Of a stretch of 33,241 nucleotides of DNA, positions 16,845-25,138 are shown piece after piece. The stretch's first letter is position 1; every line of letters begins with the position of its first letter. A program made the translations under genes and the position numbers. The stretch comes from Streptococcaceae bacterium (lineage in GTDB: Bacteria; Bacillota; Bacilli; Lactobacillales; Streptococcaceae), in assembly GCA_031279745.1 (NCBI GenBank), contig JAITHN010000026.1:1-33241 (forward strand), in the 5' to 3' direction. The notes under the pieces are model-generated. The model was not told the origin of the DNA, searched no databases, and saw nothing but the letters and a program-made list of their open reading frames with translations.

Positions 16845-17924
16845 ATGGACGAAAGACTTTTTCATCGAATAAAAACATTGACAGAGCTTCAAGCTCCTCC
16901 AGGGCTTGAGGACGAAGTAAGAAATTATTTACGTCAGGAAATGACCCCCCTCGTTGACCGTGTGGAAACCGATGGATTAGGTGGTATTTTCGGAATAAAG
17001 GAACACAACCAGAAAGATGCGCCAAGAGTTATGGTGGCAGCACATATGGATGAGGTCGGCTTTATGGTCAGCCGCATTACAAAAAATGGGATGTTTCACA
17101 TTGTTCCTCTTGGCGGTTGGAATCCAAATGTTGTAGAAGCGCAGCGTTGGACGTTAATCACGAGAAAAGGAGTGAAAATCCCTCTGATTTCTGGGTCTGT
17201 TCCTCCTCATTTGTTAAGAGGGACATCTGGTCAAAAACCATTGAAAGTAGACGATGTACTCTTTGATGCAGGTTTCTACTCAAAAGAAGAAGCGGAAAGC
17301 TTTGGGATTCGTCAAGGGGACTTTATTGTTCCGGAGACGGAAACGATCATGACTGCAAATCAGAAAAATATTATTTCAAAAGCATGGGACAATCGTTATG
17401 GAGTAACGATGGTACTGGAAGCGCTTCGTACTCTTCAAGATGAAACCCTTCCACATACTTTGATTGCAGGTGCCAACGTCCAAGAAGAAGTGGGGCTTAG
17501 AGGCGCACAAGTTTCAACGACTCAATTCCAACCAGATTTATTCTTTGCGGTAGATGCAAGCCCTGCAAATGATTTAAACGGAGACTCTGAAGCCTATGGC
17601 TATCTTGGAAGAGGTTCTCTCATTCGTATTTTTGATCCAGGGCATATTATGTTGAAAAATATGCGAGAATTTGTATTGGATACTGCATCCACCCATAAGA
17701 TTCCCGTTCAATGGTATGTTTCGAAAGGTGGTACGGATGCAGGTGCTGCACATTTGAAAGGAAACGGAATTCCAAGTACGGTAATAGGAGTTCCCGCAAG
17801 ATATATCCACTCACATCAAACAATGTGGGCGATTCAAGATTTTGAAAGTGCTCAGGAGTTACTCTTACAAATTCTAAGAAGCCTCGATAAATCAACAGTT
17901 CAAAGTATCATTTACGGAAAATAA
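16845..17924 (+). CDS. pepA: Glutamyl aminopeptidase (M42 family)
   Basis: AAHMDEVG, SKAWDNRYG, VQEEVGLRGA, GGTDAG, RYIHSH; AAGGAG RBS before ATG 16845. Confidence 0.95.
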   Translation: MDERLFHRIKTLTELQAPPGLEDEVRNYLRQEMTPLVDRVETDGLGGIFGIKEHNQKDAPRVMVAAHMDEVGFMVSRITKNGMFHIVPLGGWNPNVVEAQRWTLITRKGVKIPLISGSVPPHLLRGTSGQKPLKVDDVLFDAGFYSKEEAESFGIRQGDFIVPETETIMTANQKNIISKAWDNRYGVTMVLEALRTLQDETLPHTLIAGANVQEEVGLRGAQVSTTQFQPDLFFAVDASPANDLNGDSEAYGYLGRGSLIRIFDPGHIMLKNMREFVLDTASTHKIPVQWYVSKGGTDAGAAHLKGNGIPSTVIGVPARYIHSHQTMWAIQDFESAQELLLQILRSLDKSTVQSIIYGK

Positions 17925-17928
17925 GCAT

Positions 17929-17969
17929 AAGCGCCATGGTTTTGACTTTCAAACCATGGCGTTTTTTTT
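17929..17969 (+). terminator. Intrinsic terminator after pepA
   Basis: CGCCATGGTTT...AAACCATGGCG followed by T8. Confidence 0.85.
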
Positions 17970-18053
17970 ATGGATAAGTTTGTACAGGCGTACGACTGAA
18001 GATTTCTGGAAAACTCCCAGCGCGATCAGCTTTCGCTCAAAGGGAGGCAAGCA

Positions 18054-19850
18054 CTATTCCGCAACATCGCGACCTGTTGAGTAGATGAGGATTTTTTCAG
18101 AATACTTCATCTTCAATGGGGCTTCTTTAATTTCTTGGTTTAACGTCTGCATGTCATCCGTAATAATTCCATCTACATCAAACGAACGCATTCTCTCAAT
18201 GCTGTCCATGTCATTGACCGTCCATGCAAGGACTTTTTTGCCATCATGATGGGCGCTCTTCACAAAACCAGAGTTCAAGGTTGAATACTCCATTGTAAAG
18301 GCATTTGTATGACTGATGGGCGGCCCGATAATATTAAACGGGAGAATAAAGGAACAATTTAAATCAGGTGCGATTTCTTTGATGCGCTCGATAATCGGAT
18401 AGGAGAGTGAATGGATATGATGTCCATTCTTTATTATATTGTCATGGTATTTTTCAACAAAGTCATCGACCATTTTTTCATCATAAGGAACATAAATTTT
18501 CAGTTCGATGAGAAGTTTTTGATGAAGCGCATTGGCTTTTTGCAAATACGCATCGAAGCTTGGAACTGGCGCGCTTTGATGATGTTCGCTAGCAGTGAGT
18601 GCCGTCATCTCTTTTAAGGTGAGCTGATGGACAGTTTTATTCACTCCACAAAGGTTCTTCAGATTTCCATCATGCATAAGAACAAATTGTTTATCCTTGG
18701 TGTATTGAATATCCATTTCAACATAATCTGGCGCATAGCGATGGACGTTTTCTAAAGCAGGAATCGTATTTTGAACCCCCACGCCCCGAGTCACCCCGCG
18801 ATGAGAAAAGGTTTCTGGGATGGGCATGTCGTTTTCCTTAAGAAAACCTTGGTTGTACTGAACGACAATAGCGGTAAGAATTCCTGCAGAAAGAACGAGA
18901 ATCGCCCGTTTGATAATGCGCCCCTTGCGACTGGGTACGTTTTTGATTTTGATGGTTTCAGGAAAAGGGGGTAACTCTCCAATCTTATCCAGATGGCGAA
19001 CCAGCACAAAGAAATAGGCAATCGTTGATAGCACGATATTGATAAGGGTAATGAACTGAACCACAGTCATAATGAGGCTTCCGCTCAGTAAAGAAATATT
19101 TGGCACATTCAACTCGATATGCATTTGCAAAAGAATAAGAAAGAAAATCGAGATGGCGAAGAAGAGAAATAAGACGAGCAATACGCCAAGAAAAGTGAGC
19201 GTAAGTCGGAAAAAGTTTTTCTTCGTCACTTCAAAGCTCTTTTTGACGGCTTCTCTCAGCCGCATATCCTTCAACGTGACAAGCGGAAGTGTATAAATCA
19301 AACGCAGTGCAAGATAGAGACAGAGGATGTAAAAGAGTACAAAACTCACGACAAACTGCACTCGATTGGTAAAGATGAAGTCAAGAATGAATGCAGGGAT
19401 TTTTATGTTTGAGATGATGTCCATACGACTCGACTGACCAATGATGGGAAGGAGGAGGAAAAAGTAAAAAAGGATAAAACTCGTATACCCAAGTCTGATT
19501 TTTTTAAATTGTCTGAGTGTAAGTTTAACCAAAGTTAAAATACCGATTCTTTTCTTCAGCTCGATACAATACGTTGCGATAATCAAGTAGTTGAACTGGA
19601 AGTAAAAAATGCCCACCACAAATAAGAAAAAGAGCAGGATTGCAAAAGCTACAAACGGCTTTTGTATAATGATGGAGAGCAAATTGTCATTTGATAAATA
19701 ATAAATAGTATTCGCTTGGAGAAAGTTTCTGAAAACAAATACCACAAAAGGTATGAGGAGCACGACTAAAAAGGTATGCAACCAGAGAACATCTCGGAAG
19801 TATTTCCCGGTTTTTTTAAAAAATTCAAAAAGATCATGAATATAGGTCAT
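18054..19850 (-). CDS. Glycerophosphodiester phosphodiesterase with N-terminal membrane domain
   Basis: Several TM helices, then SHRG, YVEMDIQYTKD, MHD, LIELK, WTVND and GIITD. Confidence 0.93.
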   Translation of the reverse strand: MTYIHDLFEFFKKTGKYFRDVLWLHTFLVVLLIPFVVFVFRNFLQANTIYYLSNDNLLSIIIQKPFVAFAILLFFLFVVGIFYFQFNYLIIATYCIELKKRIGILTLVKLTLRQFKKIRLGYTSFILFYFFLLLPIIGQSSRMDIISNIKIPAFILDFIFTNRVQFVVSFVLFYILCLYLALRLIYTLPLVTLKDMRLREAVKKSFEVTKKNFFRLTLTFLGVLLVLFLFFAISIFFLILLQMHIELNVPNISLLSGSLIMTVVQFITLINIVLSTIAYFFVLVRHLDKIGELPPFPETIKIKNVPSRKGRIIKRAILVLSAGILTAIVVQYNQGFLKENDMPIPETFSHRGVTRGVGVQNTIPALENVHRYAPDYVEMDIQYTKDKQFVLMHDGNLKNLCGVNKTVHQLTLKEMTALTASEHHQSAPVPSFDAYLQKANALHQKLLIELKIYVPYDEKMVDDFVEKYHDNIIKNGHHIHSLSYPIIERIKEIAPDLNCSFILPFNIIGPPISHTNAFTMEYSTLNSGFVKSAHHDGKKVLAWTVNDMDSIERMRSFDVDGIITDDMQTLNQEIKEAPLKMKYSEKILIYSTGRDVAE

Positions 19851-19962
19851 TTACATTCCCTCCCGTTTTACTCACTTTAACATGTACAGAATTTTATTTG
19901 AAATTAAAACCTTGAATTTGGGAAACTTGCGTATATTTTTACAGAATGAAGGAGGTAGGAAT

Positions 19963-20649
19963 ATGAATACTGTTTTTTTAGTTGGGCGTTTAACGAAAAC
20001 GCCAGAGATTGCCGTATTAACAAATGGGAAAAGCTATGCCCGATTTACCATCGCGATTCCAAGACGCTACAAGGACGAATCTGGGCATATCCCAACCGAC
20101 TTTTTGAACTGCACAATATGGGGCAAGCGGGCGGAGGTGTTTTCTCAGTTTTTTTGCAAGGGCACCCTTGTAGGGCTCACTGGAGAAATCCGGACCTCAA
20201 GAGTCGTAAAAGAAGGGCACACGCAATACTACACGGATATTGTATGTAGCGACTTCCACTTTATTGAACCTAAGGAAGTGGTGAGGAAGCGGATGGAAAA
20301 ACTTTCTGAAGAAAATCTTGGGGAGGCAGGAGTTTCTAGAAATTCTCGGCAGGGTCGGTATCTTTTTCCATCGAGTGGGCAAACTCAACCTCAGTATCAC
20401 GTCCATGCACATTCGCAATTCTCCGCTCAAAATCAAGTGCAATCTCAAGTGACATTCCAAGAGCAATCACAAGTGCAAAACCAACTCCCCGTTCAAGAAC
20501 AACCCCAATCTCAAGTGGAATCCCAACCTCCGTCTTCTGTTCAACCCCAAGATGGCGAATGCCGAAATGCGGATGAAGAGCATTTTTCAAGTGAGTTAAA
20601 AAGGAATGATGAGGATGGAGAAGTCGTGCAAGATCTATATCCTTTTTAA
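19963..20649 (+). CDS. ssb: Single-stranded DNA-binding protein paralog (SsbB-like) with long Gln-rich linker
   Basis: MNTVFLVGRLTKTPE, TDFLNCTIWGKRAE, KGTLVGLTGEIRT OB fold; acidic tip ending DLYPF. AAGGAGGT RBS supports ATG 19963. Confidence 0.9.
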   Translation: MNTVFLVGRLTKTPEIAVLTNGKSYARFTIAIPRRYKDESGHIPTDFLNCTIWGKRAEVFSQFFCKGTLVGLTGEIRTSRVVKEGHTQYYTDIVCSDFHFIEPKEVVRKRMEKLSEENLGEAGVSRNSRQGRYLFPSSGQTQPQYHVHAHSQFSAQNQVQSQVTFQEQSQVQNQLPVQEQPQSQVESQPPSSVQPQDGECRNADEEHFSSELKRNDEDGEVVQDLYPF

Positions 20650-20730
20650 AGACAACGCACCAAAATTTAAGGCGTGTCAGGTATCCCATCTAGGTCTAGG
20701 TCGCTTACTGTTGGAAGAGTTCATGCAAAC

Positions 20731-20761
20731 CAAAGACCCCAAGCTCAGCTTGAGGTCTTTG
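20731..20761. terminator. Hairpin between convergent ssb and htrA
   Basis: CAAAGACC-C-CAAGC-TCA-GCTTG-A-GGTCTTTG. Confidence 0.7.
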
Positions 20762-20834
20762 ATTATAAGCCATAAACTCATGTCAGATGTTACTTTTAGG
20801 ACGTAGCCAGTTAGATGGAGTTTCCGCTTATTCC

Positions 20835-22127
20835 TTACCAAGGCCAAGAGTTTCCGCCTTCGCCATTTCCACTGCTTCCGTTTCCGCTGTTGCCTGGTTG
20901 TTGCTCAGGAGTTGTCGTAGTGCTACTTGGAAGTTTGCTATACTCCTTTGTTAAGTGAAGAGTTGCATTTTTTTTCTTCCCATCGCGGTAAAAGACCACA
21001 TTCACCTTGTCGTTAATTTTGTGAGAGAACAAGATGGTTTGTAGAGAGGTCACAGAGTCGATTTTTTTCCCATCCACTTCAGTGAGTACATCGTATTTTT
21101 CAATTCCAGCTTTAGCTGCAGGCCAATCTTTTTCAACAGTAGCAATCAAAATTCCAGAGGTAATATCCTTCGGAAGTTTCAAGCTTTCAATCTGCTTATT
21201 CGTCAAGTCGCTCAATGCGAGAGAAGAAATACCGATTGCAGGCCGTTTGATTGTGCCGTCTTTTTCTAATTGGTTGATGATTTTGACAACATCACTACTT
21301 GGAATGGCGAATCCCATTCCCTCGACGCTCGTTCCGCTTCCGCTGTTACCGATTTTACTTGAGTTAATCCCGATAACTTGTCCTGCAATATTCACCAATG
21401 CACCACCCGAATTTCCAGGATTAATTGCTGCATCTGTTTGAATCGCATTAATGTCGGTAAGCTGCCCTTGGTCGTTTGTGTTTTGCACATTTCTGGCAAG
21501 TGCGGAAACAATTCCACTCGTCACTGTATTGGCGAACTCAGTTCCAAGAGGACTTCCAATCGCAATTGCAGGTTCTCCCACTTTTAATTTGGAAGAATCC
21601 CCAAAGGTCGCCACTGTTTTTACATCTTTATCTGGTATAGAAATCACTGCCAAGTCAGAGTAAGGATCTGTTCCAACGACCGTGCCAGTTACTTTTTTAC
21701 CATTTGACAATTGAATTTCGATCCCATCATTTTCTGCAACCACGTGGTTGTTTGTTACAACAAAGGCTTTCCCACCAGATTTTTTATAGATGACTCCACT
21801 TCCTTCGCTCGCAGGCTGAAGGTCTGTCTTTTTTGCGTCTTCCTTCTTCCCTGGATTTTCCCCGCCAAACAAATTTCCCCAAACATCATCTTGAGACTGT
21901 TGAGGTGCTTGTAGATTAATCACAGAAACGACTGCAGATTTTACCTTTTCGACTGCCTTTTCGACTCCAGTATCGATATTAAGCGTTTGCGTATCCACTT
22001 TTGTGACATCATTCTGTGTTGGATTAACGCTGTCGACTGCATGATTGAAAACAGCGTTTCCACCGAGTATAAGTGCAGCGCCAACTGCTCCGCCAACTAA
22101 ACCTGTAATAAAATTGCTCTTGCTCAT
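20835..22127 (-). CDS. htrA: HtrA/DegP serine protease (membrane anchor, trypsin domain, PDZ)
   Basis: VTNNHV, SDLAV, QTDAAINPGNSGG triad motifs and one PDZ. GGAG RBS favours ATG 22127 (alternative 22139). Confidence 0.96.
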   Translation of the reverse strand: MSKSNFITGLVGGAVGAALILGGNAVFNHAVDSVNPTQNDVTKVDTQTLNIDTGVEKAVEKVKSAVVSVINLQAPQQSQDDVWGNLFGGENPGKKEDAKKTDLQPASEGSGVIYKKSGGKAFVVTNNHVVAENDGIEIQLSNGKKVTGTVVGTDPYSDLAVISIPDKDVKTVATFGDSSKLKVGEPAIAIGSPLGTEFANTVTSGIVSALARNVQNTNDQGQLTDINAIQTDAAINPGNSGGALVNIAGQVIGINSSKIGNSGSGTSVEGMGFAIPSSDVVKIINQLEKDGTIKRPAIGISSLALSDLTNKQIESLKLPKDITSGILIATVEKDWPAAKAGIEKYDVLTEVDGKKIDSVTSLQTILFSHKINDKVNVVFYRDGKKKNATLHLTKEYSKLPSSTTTTPEQQPGNSGNGSSGNGEGGNSWPW

Positions 22128-22170
22128 ATTTTTCTCCATTCCATTTTATTGAATTTGCTTTATACTAATC

Positions 22171-22203
22171 ATAGTATAGCAAAAGACTTAAATGAAACTT
22201 AAA
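22171..22203 (-). promoter_or_regulatory. CiaR-type direct repeat and -10 element of htrA
   Basis: Minus strand reads TTTAAG-TTTCA-TTTAAG (22203-22187), with TACTAT 10 bp downstream (or TGcTATACT, hexamer 8 bp downstream). Confidence 0.72.
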
Positions 22204-22321
22204 ACGGAAGTTTCTGTCTTAAATTTATGTAAAGTCTTTAAAAGCGGAGAAAATTAAGCGCACAAAAGTGCGAGATGTGAAAATAAAGACGTGCATAAGA
22301 ATAGCGAATGCGAGGTGACGG

Positions 22322-22801
22322 ATGAAAATCAAAATCATCAGTGTGGGGAAATTAAAAGAAAAGTATTTAAAAATGGGGATTGAAGAATATAGCAAGCGAT
22401 TAAAAGGATACGTAAAGCTTGAGTTAATCGAGGTTCCTGATGAAAAAGCGCCGGAGAAACTGAGCGAAACTGAAAAGGAAATGATTAAGAAAAAAGAAGG
22501 GGCGCATATTTTATCGAAAATTCGTGACGATGAAGTCGTCTTTCACTTGTCCATTCAGGGGAGTCTCTTGACGAGTGAGGAGCTAGCGAAGCGTATAGAC
22601 GACTTTGGAATTCAAGGGAAGAGTAAATTAACCTTTGTCATCGGGGGGAGTCTGGGGACGAGCGATGAATTGGAAAAGCGGAGTGATGTTGCAATTAGCT
22701 TTGGGAGGTTGACCTACCCGCATCAGCTCATGCGACTCATTTTATTAGAGCAAGTGTATAGGAGTTTCCGTATCAATGCAGGCGAACCTTATCATAAGTA
22801 G
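22322..22801 (+). CDS. rlmH: 23S rRNA (pseudouridine1915-N3)-methyltransferase
   Basis: [36 protein letters not shown]; 159 aa. Confidence 0.98.
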   Translation: MKIKIISVGKLKEKYLKMGIEEYSKRLKGYVKLELIEVPDEKAPEKLSETEKEMIKKKEGAHILSKIRDDEVVFHLSIQGSLLTSEELAKRIDDFGIQGKSKLTFVIGGSLGTSDELEKRSDVAISFGRLTYPHQLMRLILLEQVYRSFRINAGEPYHK

Positions 22802-22860
22802 GCATTTATGAACGGATATGGCAGAACGATTTTTAGGCGAGGCGAACCAATCATAAGTAG
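22780..22860. repeat. Direct repeat of the rlmH 3' end (att-like scar)
   Basis: AGGCGAACCTTATCATAAGTAG (22780-22801) and AGGCGAACCAATCATAAGTAG (22840-22860). Confidence 0.8.
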
Positions 22861-22934
22861 CGCATATGCTTAGACATGCATGAGCCTTTTAGAGCACGTC
22901 TTCGCTTGTTTGAAAATACAGTAGCGGCGTTTGC

Positions 22935-22963
22935 TTGAAAATGTAGGGTTCTGTTGTTATGAT
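22935..22963 (+). promoter_or_regulatory. Sigma-70 promoter of serS
   Basis: TTGAAA-17 bp-TATGAT with extended -10 TG. Confidence 0.72.
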
Positions 22964-22991
22964 AAATACAAATTGGGATGGGAGTTATTAG

Positions 22992-24263
22992 ATGTTAGAC
23001 ATTAAATTAATCAGATCAAACTTTGATGAAACGTGTCAACTTCTCTCCACACGTGGAGTGGAGAAAGAGACACTTGAAGAATTGAAGGAATTGGACGTTT
23101 TGCGTCGTGAAAACTTAGTGAAAGTTGAAGATCTCAAGCAAGTTCGCAACCGAGCTTCAGAACAAATTTCTCTAAAAAAACGTCAGAAAGAAGATGCGAG
23201 TGCGGTCATTTCTGAAATGCAATCCACTTCTCAGGAGATTAAACTTCTGGATTTGAAGCTGTCAGAAATTGATGGGAAAATTGAAAAAATCATCACCAGA
23301 TTGCCCAATATTCCAGCGCCTGGGGTGCCTGTTGGAGCGGATGAAGCGGATAATGTAGAAATTCGCCGAAGTGGGGATGCGCCGGAGTTTTCATTTGAAC
23401 CCAAGCCGCATTGGGAGATTGGAGATGCACTAGGCATTTTAGACTTTGAGCGTGGAGCAAAAGCGAGTGGAGCGCGCTTCCTTTATTACAAAGGAATGGG
23501 AGCTAGACTGGAGCGAGCGCTATACAACTTTATGTTAGACGAGCATGCAAAAGAAGGTTATGTGGAAGTGATTCCGCCGTATTTGGTGAATGATGAAAGT
23601 ATGTTTGGAACGGGGCAGTTTCCGAAATTCAAAGAAGATGTTTTCCAAATTCAGGACTCTAACCTTACATTGATTCCGACTGCAGAGGTACCGTTGACGA
23701 ACTATTACCGCAATGAAATCCTTGAGGGGAGCGAATTGCCGATTTACTTTACTGCATTATCTCCAAGTTTCCGCAGTGAAGCGGGAAGTGCCGGTCGTGA
23801 TACTCGAGGACTCATTCGTTTACACCAATTTAATAAAGTTGAAATGGTGAAATTTACCGATGATCAATCCAGTTTTGATGAATTGGAAAAAATGGTTGGA
23901 AATGCTGAAAACATCTTATCCAAATTAGGATTGACATACCGTGTCATCGTACTCTCAACTGGAGACATGGGCTTCTCCGCAACGAAGACCTATGATTTGG
24001 AAGTTTGGATTCCTGCGCAGAATACATTTAGAGAGATTTCTTCATGTTCAAACTGTGGAGATTTCCAAGCGCGACGCGCCAAAATTCGTTTTCGTGATGA
24101 AGAGGGGAAAGTGAAACTCGCCCATACATTAAACGGAAGTGGCTTGGCAGTTGGACGGACGGTTGCAGCCATTCTTGAAAACTACCAAAATGAGGATGGA
24201 AGTGTAACCATCCCAGAAGTTTTAGTTCCCTACATGAATGGATTAGAAAAGATTTCCAAATAA
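22992..24263 (+). CDS. serS: Serine--tRNA ligase
   Basis: [57 protein letters not shown]. Confidence 0.99.
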   Translation: MLDIKLIRSNFDETCQLLSTRGVEKETLEELKELDVLRRENLVKVEDLKQVRNRASEQISLKKRQKEDASAVISEMQSTSQEIKLLDLKLSEIDGKIEKIITRLPNIPAPGVPVGADEADNVEIRRSGDAPEFSFEPKPHWEIGDALGILDFERGAKASGARFLYYKGMGARLERALYNFMLDEHAKEGYVEVIPPYLVNDESMFGTGQFPKFKEDVFQIQDSNLTLIPTAEVPLTNYYRNEILEGSELPIYFTALSPSFRSEAGSAGRDTRGLIRLHQFNKVEMVKFTDDQSSFDELEKMVGNAENILSKLGLTYRVIVLSTGDMGFSATKTYDLEVWIPAQNTFREISSCSNCGDFQARRAKIRFRDEEGKVKLAHTLNGSGLAVGRTVAAILENYQNEDGSVTIPEVLVPYMNGLEKISK

Positions 24264-24271
24264 ATGGATTC

Positions 24272-24308
24272 AAAAAAGTACTTGAAACGAAGTTTCAAGC
24301 ACTTTTTT
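24272..24308. terminator. Bidirectional terminator serS/rpsN
   Basis: AAAAAAGTACTTGAAAC-GAA-GTTTCAAGCACTTTTTT. Confidence 0.85.
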
Positions 24309-24359
24309 ATTTTGAATCTAACAAGGTAATGTCACTGTTTAAGTAGGAAATAGTTAGTG

Positions 24360-24629
24360 TTACCAGCTCGCTTTTTTCACTCCTGGTATCTGTCCAAGGT
24401 AGGCAAGTTTACGGAAGTTAATACGGCTCATTCCGAATTTTCTTAAATAGGCATGTGGACGACCGTCGATTTCATCACGATTTTTTAAACGATTGGGATT
24501 TGAATCGATAGGTAATTTTCTCAATCCTTCCATGTCGCCCGCTTCTTTTAATTCTTGGCGACGTTTCGCATATTTTTCAATTAATTCTTTTTGTTTATTG
24601 TATTTTACGATTTTAGATTTCTTTGCCAT
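24360..24629 (-). CDS. rpsN: 30S ribosomal protein S14, zinc-independent 89-aa form
   Basis: MAKKSKI...[24 protein letters not shown]...GVKKASW; no cysteines. Confidence 0.97.
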   Translation of the reverse strand: MAKKSKIVKYNKQKELIEKYAKRRQELKEAGDMEGLRKLPIDSNPNRLKNRDEIDGRPHAYLRKFGMSRINFRKLAYLGQIPGVKKASW

Positions 24630-24671
24630 TTTCTCTCCTTTTCAATATATATAACAAATGCAATAAAATAC

Positions 24672-24699
24672 ATTATACGGATGGATTATCATGTGTCAA
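24672..24699 (-). promoter_or_regulatory. Sigma-70 promoter of rpsN
   Basis: Minus strand TTGACA-16 bp-TATAAT. Confidence 0.8.
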
Positions 24700-24766
24700 G
24701 AAAACCGCAATCTTGCCTTTTGGTTTATAATCATAGTAACTAAGCCATCAAAAATTAGGAGGCAGT

Positions 24767-25096
24767 ATGAACAATACGGAAAGATTTTTAGCATTGCAAG
24801 ATTATTTTACAGATGAAAAGAAATTTATTGGAAATGGAAATTATCGTTTGAGAAAGATTGATGAGGAGAATTATGATTTTGAATTCTCTTTGATTGATCC
24901 TTGCGGTGCAGGAATTCTCAATCCTCAGATTCGATTGACCAAGCAAGGGGAGGACCTCAAACCCGTTCAATTATTTGATATGGGGTCTACACCTGTGAAA
25001 TTTTTAAAAAATGATTCAGAAGAATCAGCTCGTGAGTTGAACATTGAATTTGAAAAACTTATAGAAAAATTTGAAAATGCAATGGAGAAACTGTAA
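24767..25096 (+). CDS. Hypothetical acidic soluble protein (109 aa)
   Basis: AGGAGG RBS, TATAAT at 24726-24731; family not recognised. Confidence 0.8.
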   Translation: MNNTERFLALQDYFTDEKKFIGNGNYRLRKIDEENYDFEFSLIDPCGAGILNPQIRLTKQGEDLKPVQLFDMGSTPVKFLKNDSEESARELNIEFEKLIEKFENAMEKL

Positions 25097-25138
25097 AGTT
25101 GTACGTGTTGACTTTATCAAGAACTGTAGGGGAAAAAA

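Noticed and set aside
20606-20806. 66-aa ORF after ssb
   Set aside because: Overlaps the ssb tail and spans the inter-gene hairpin; no family resemblance.
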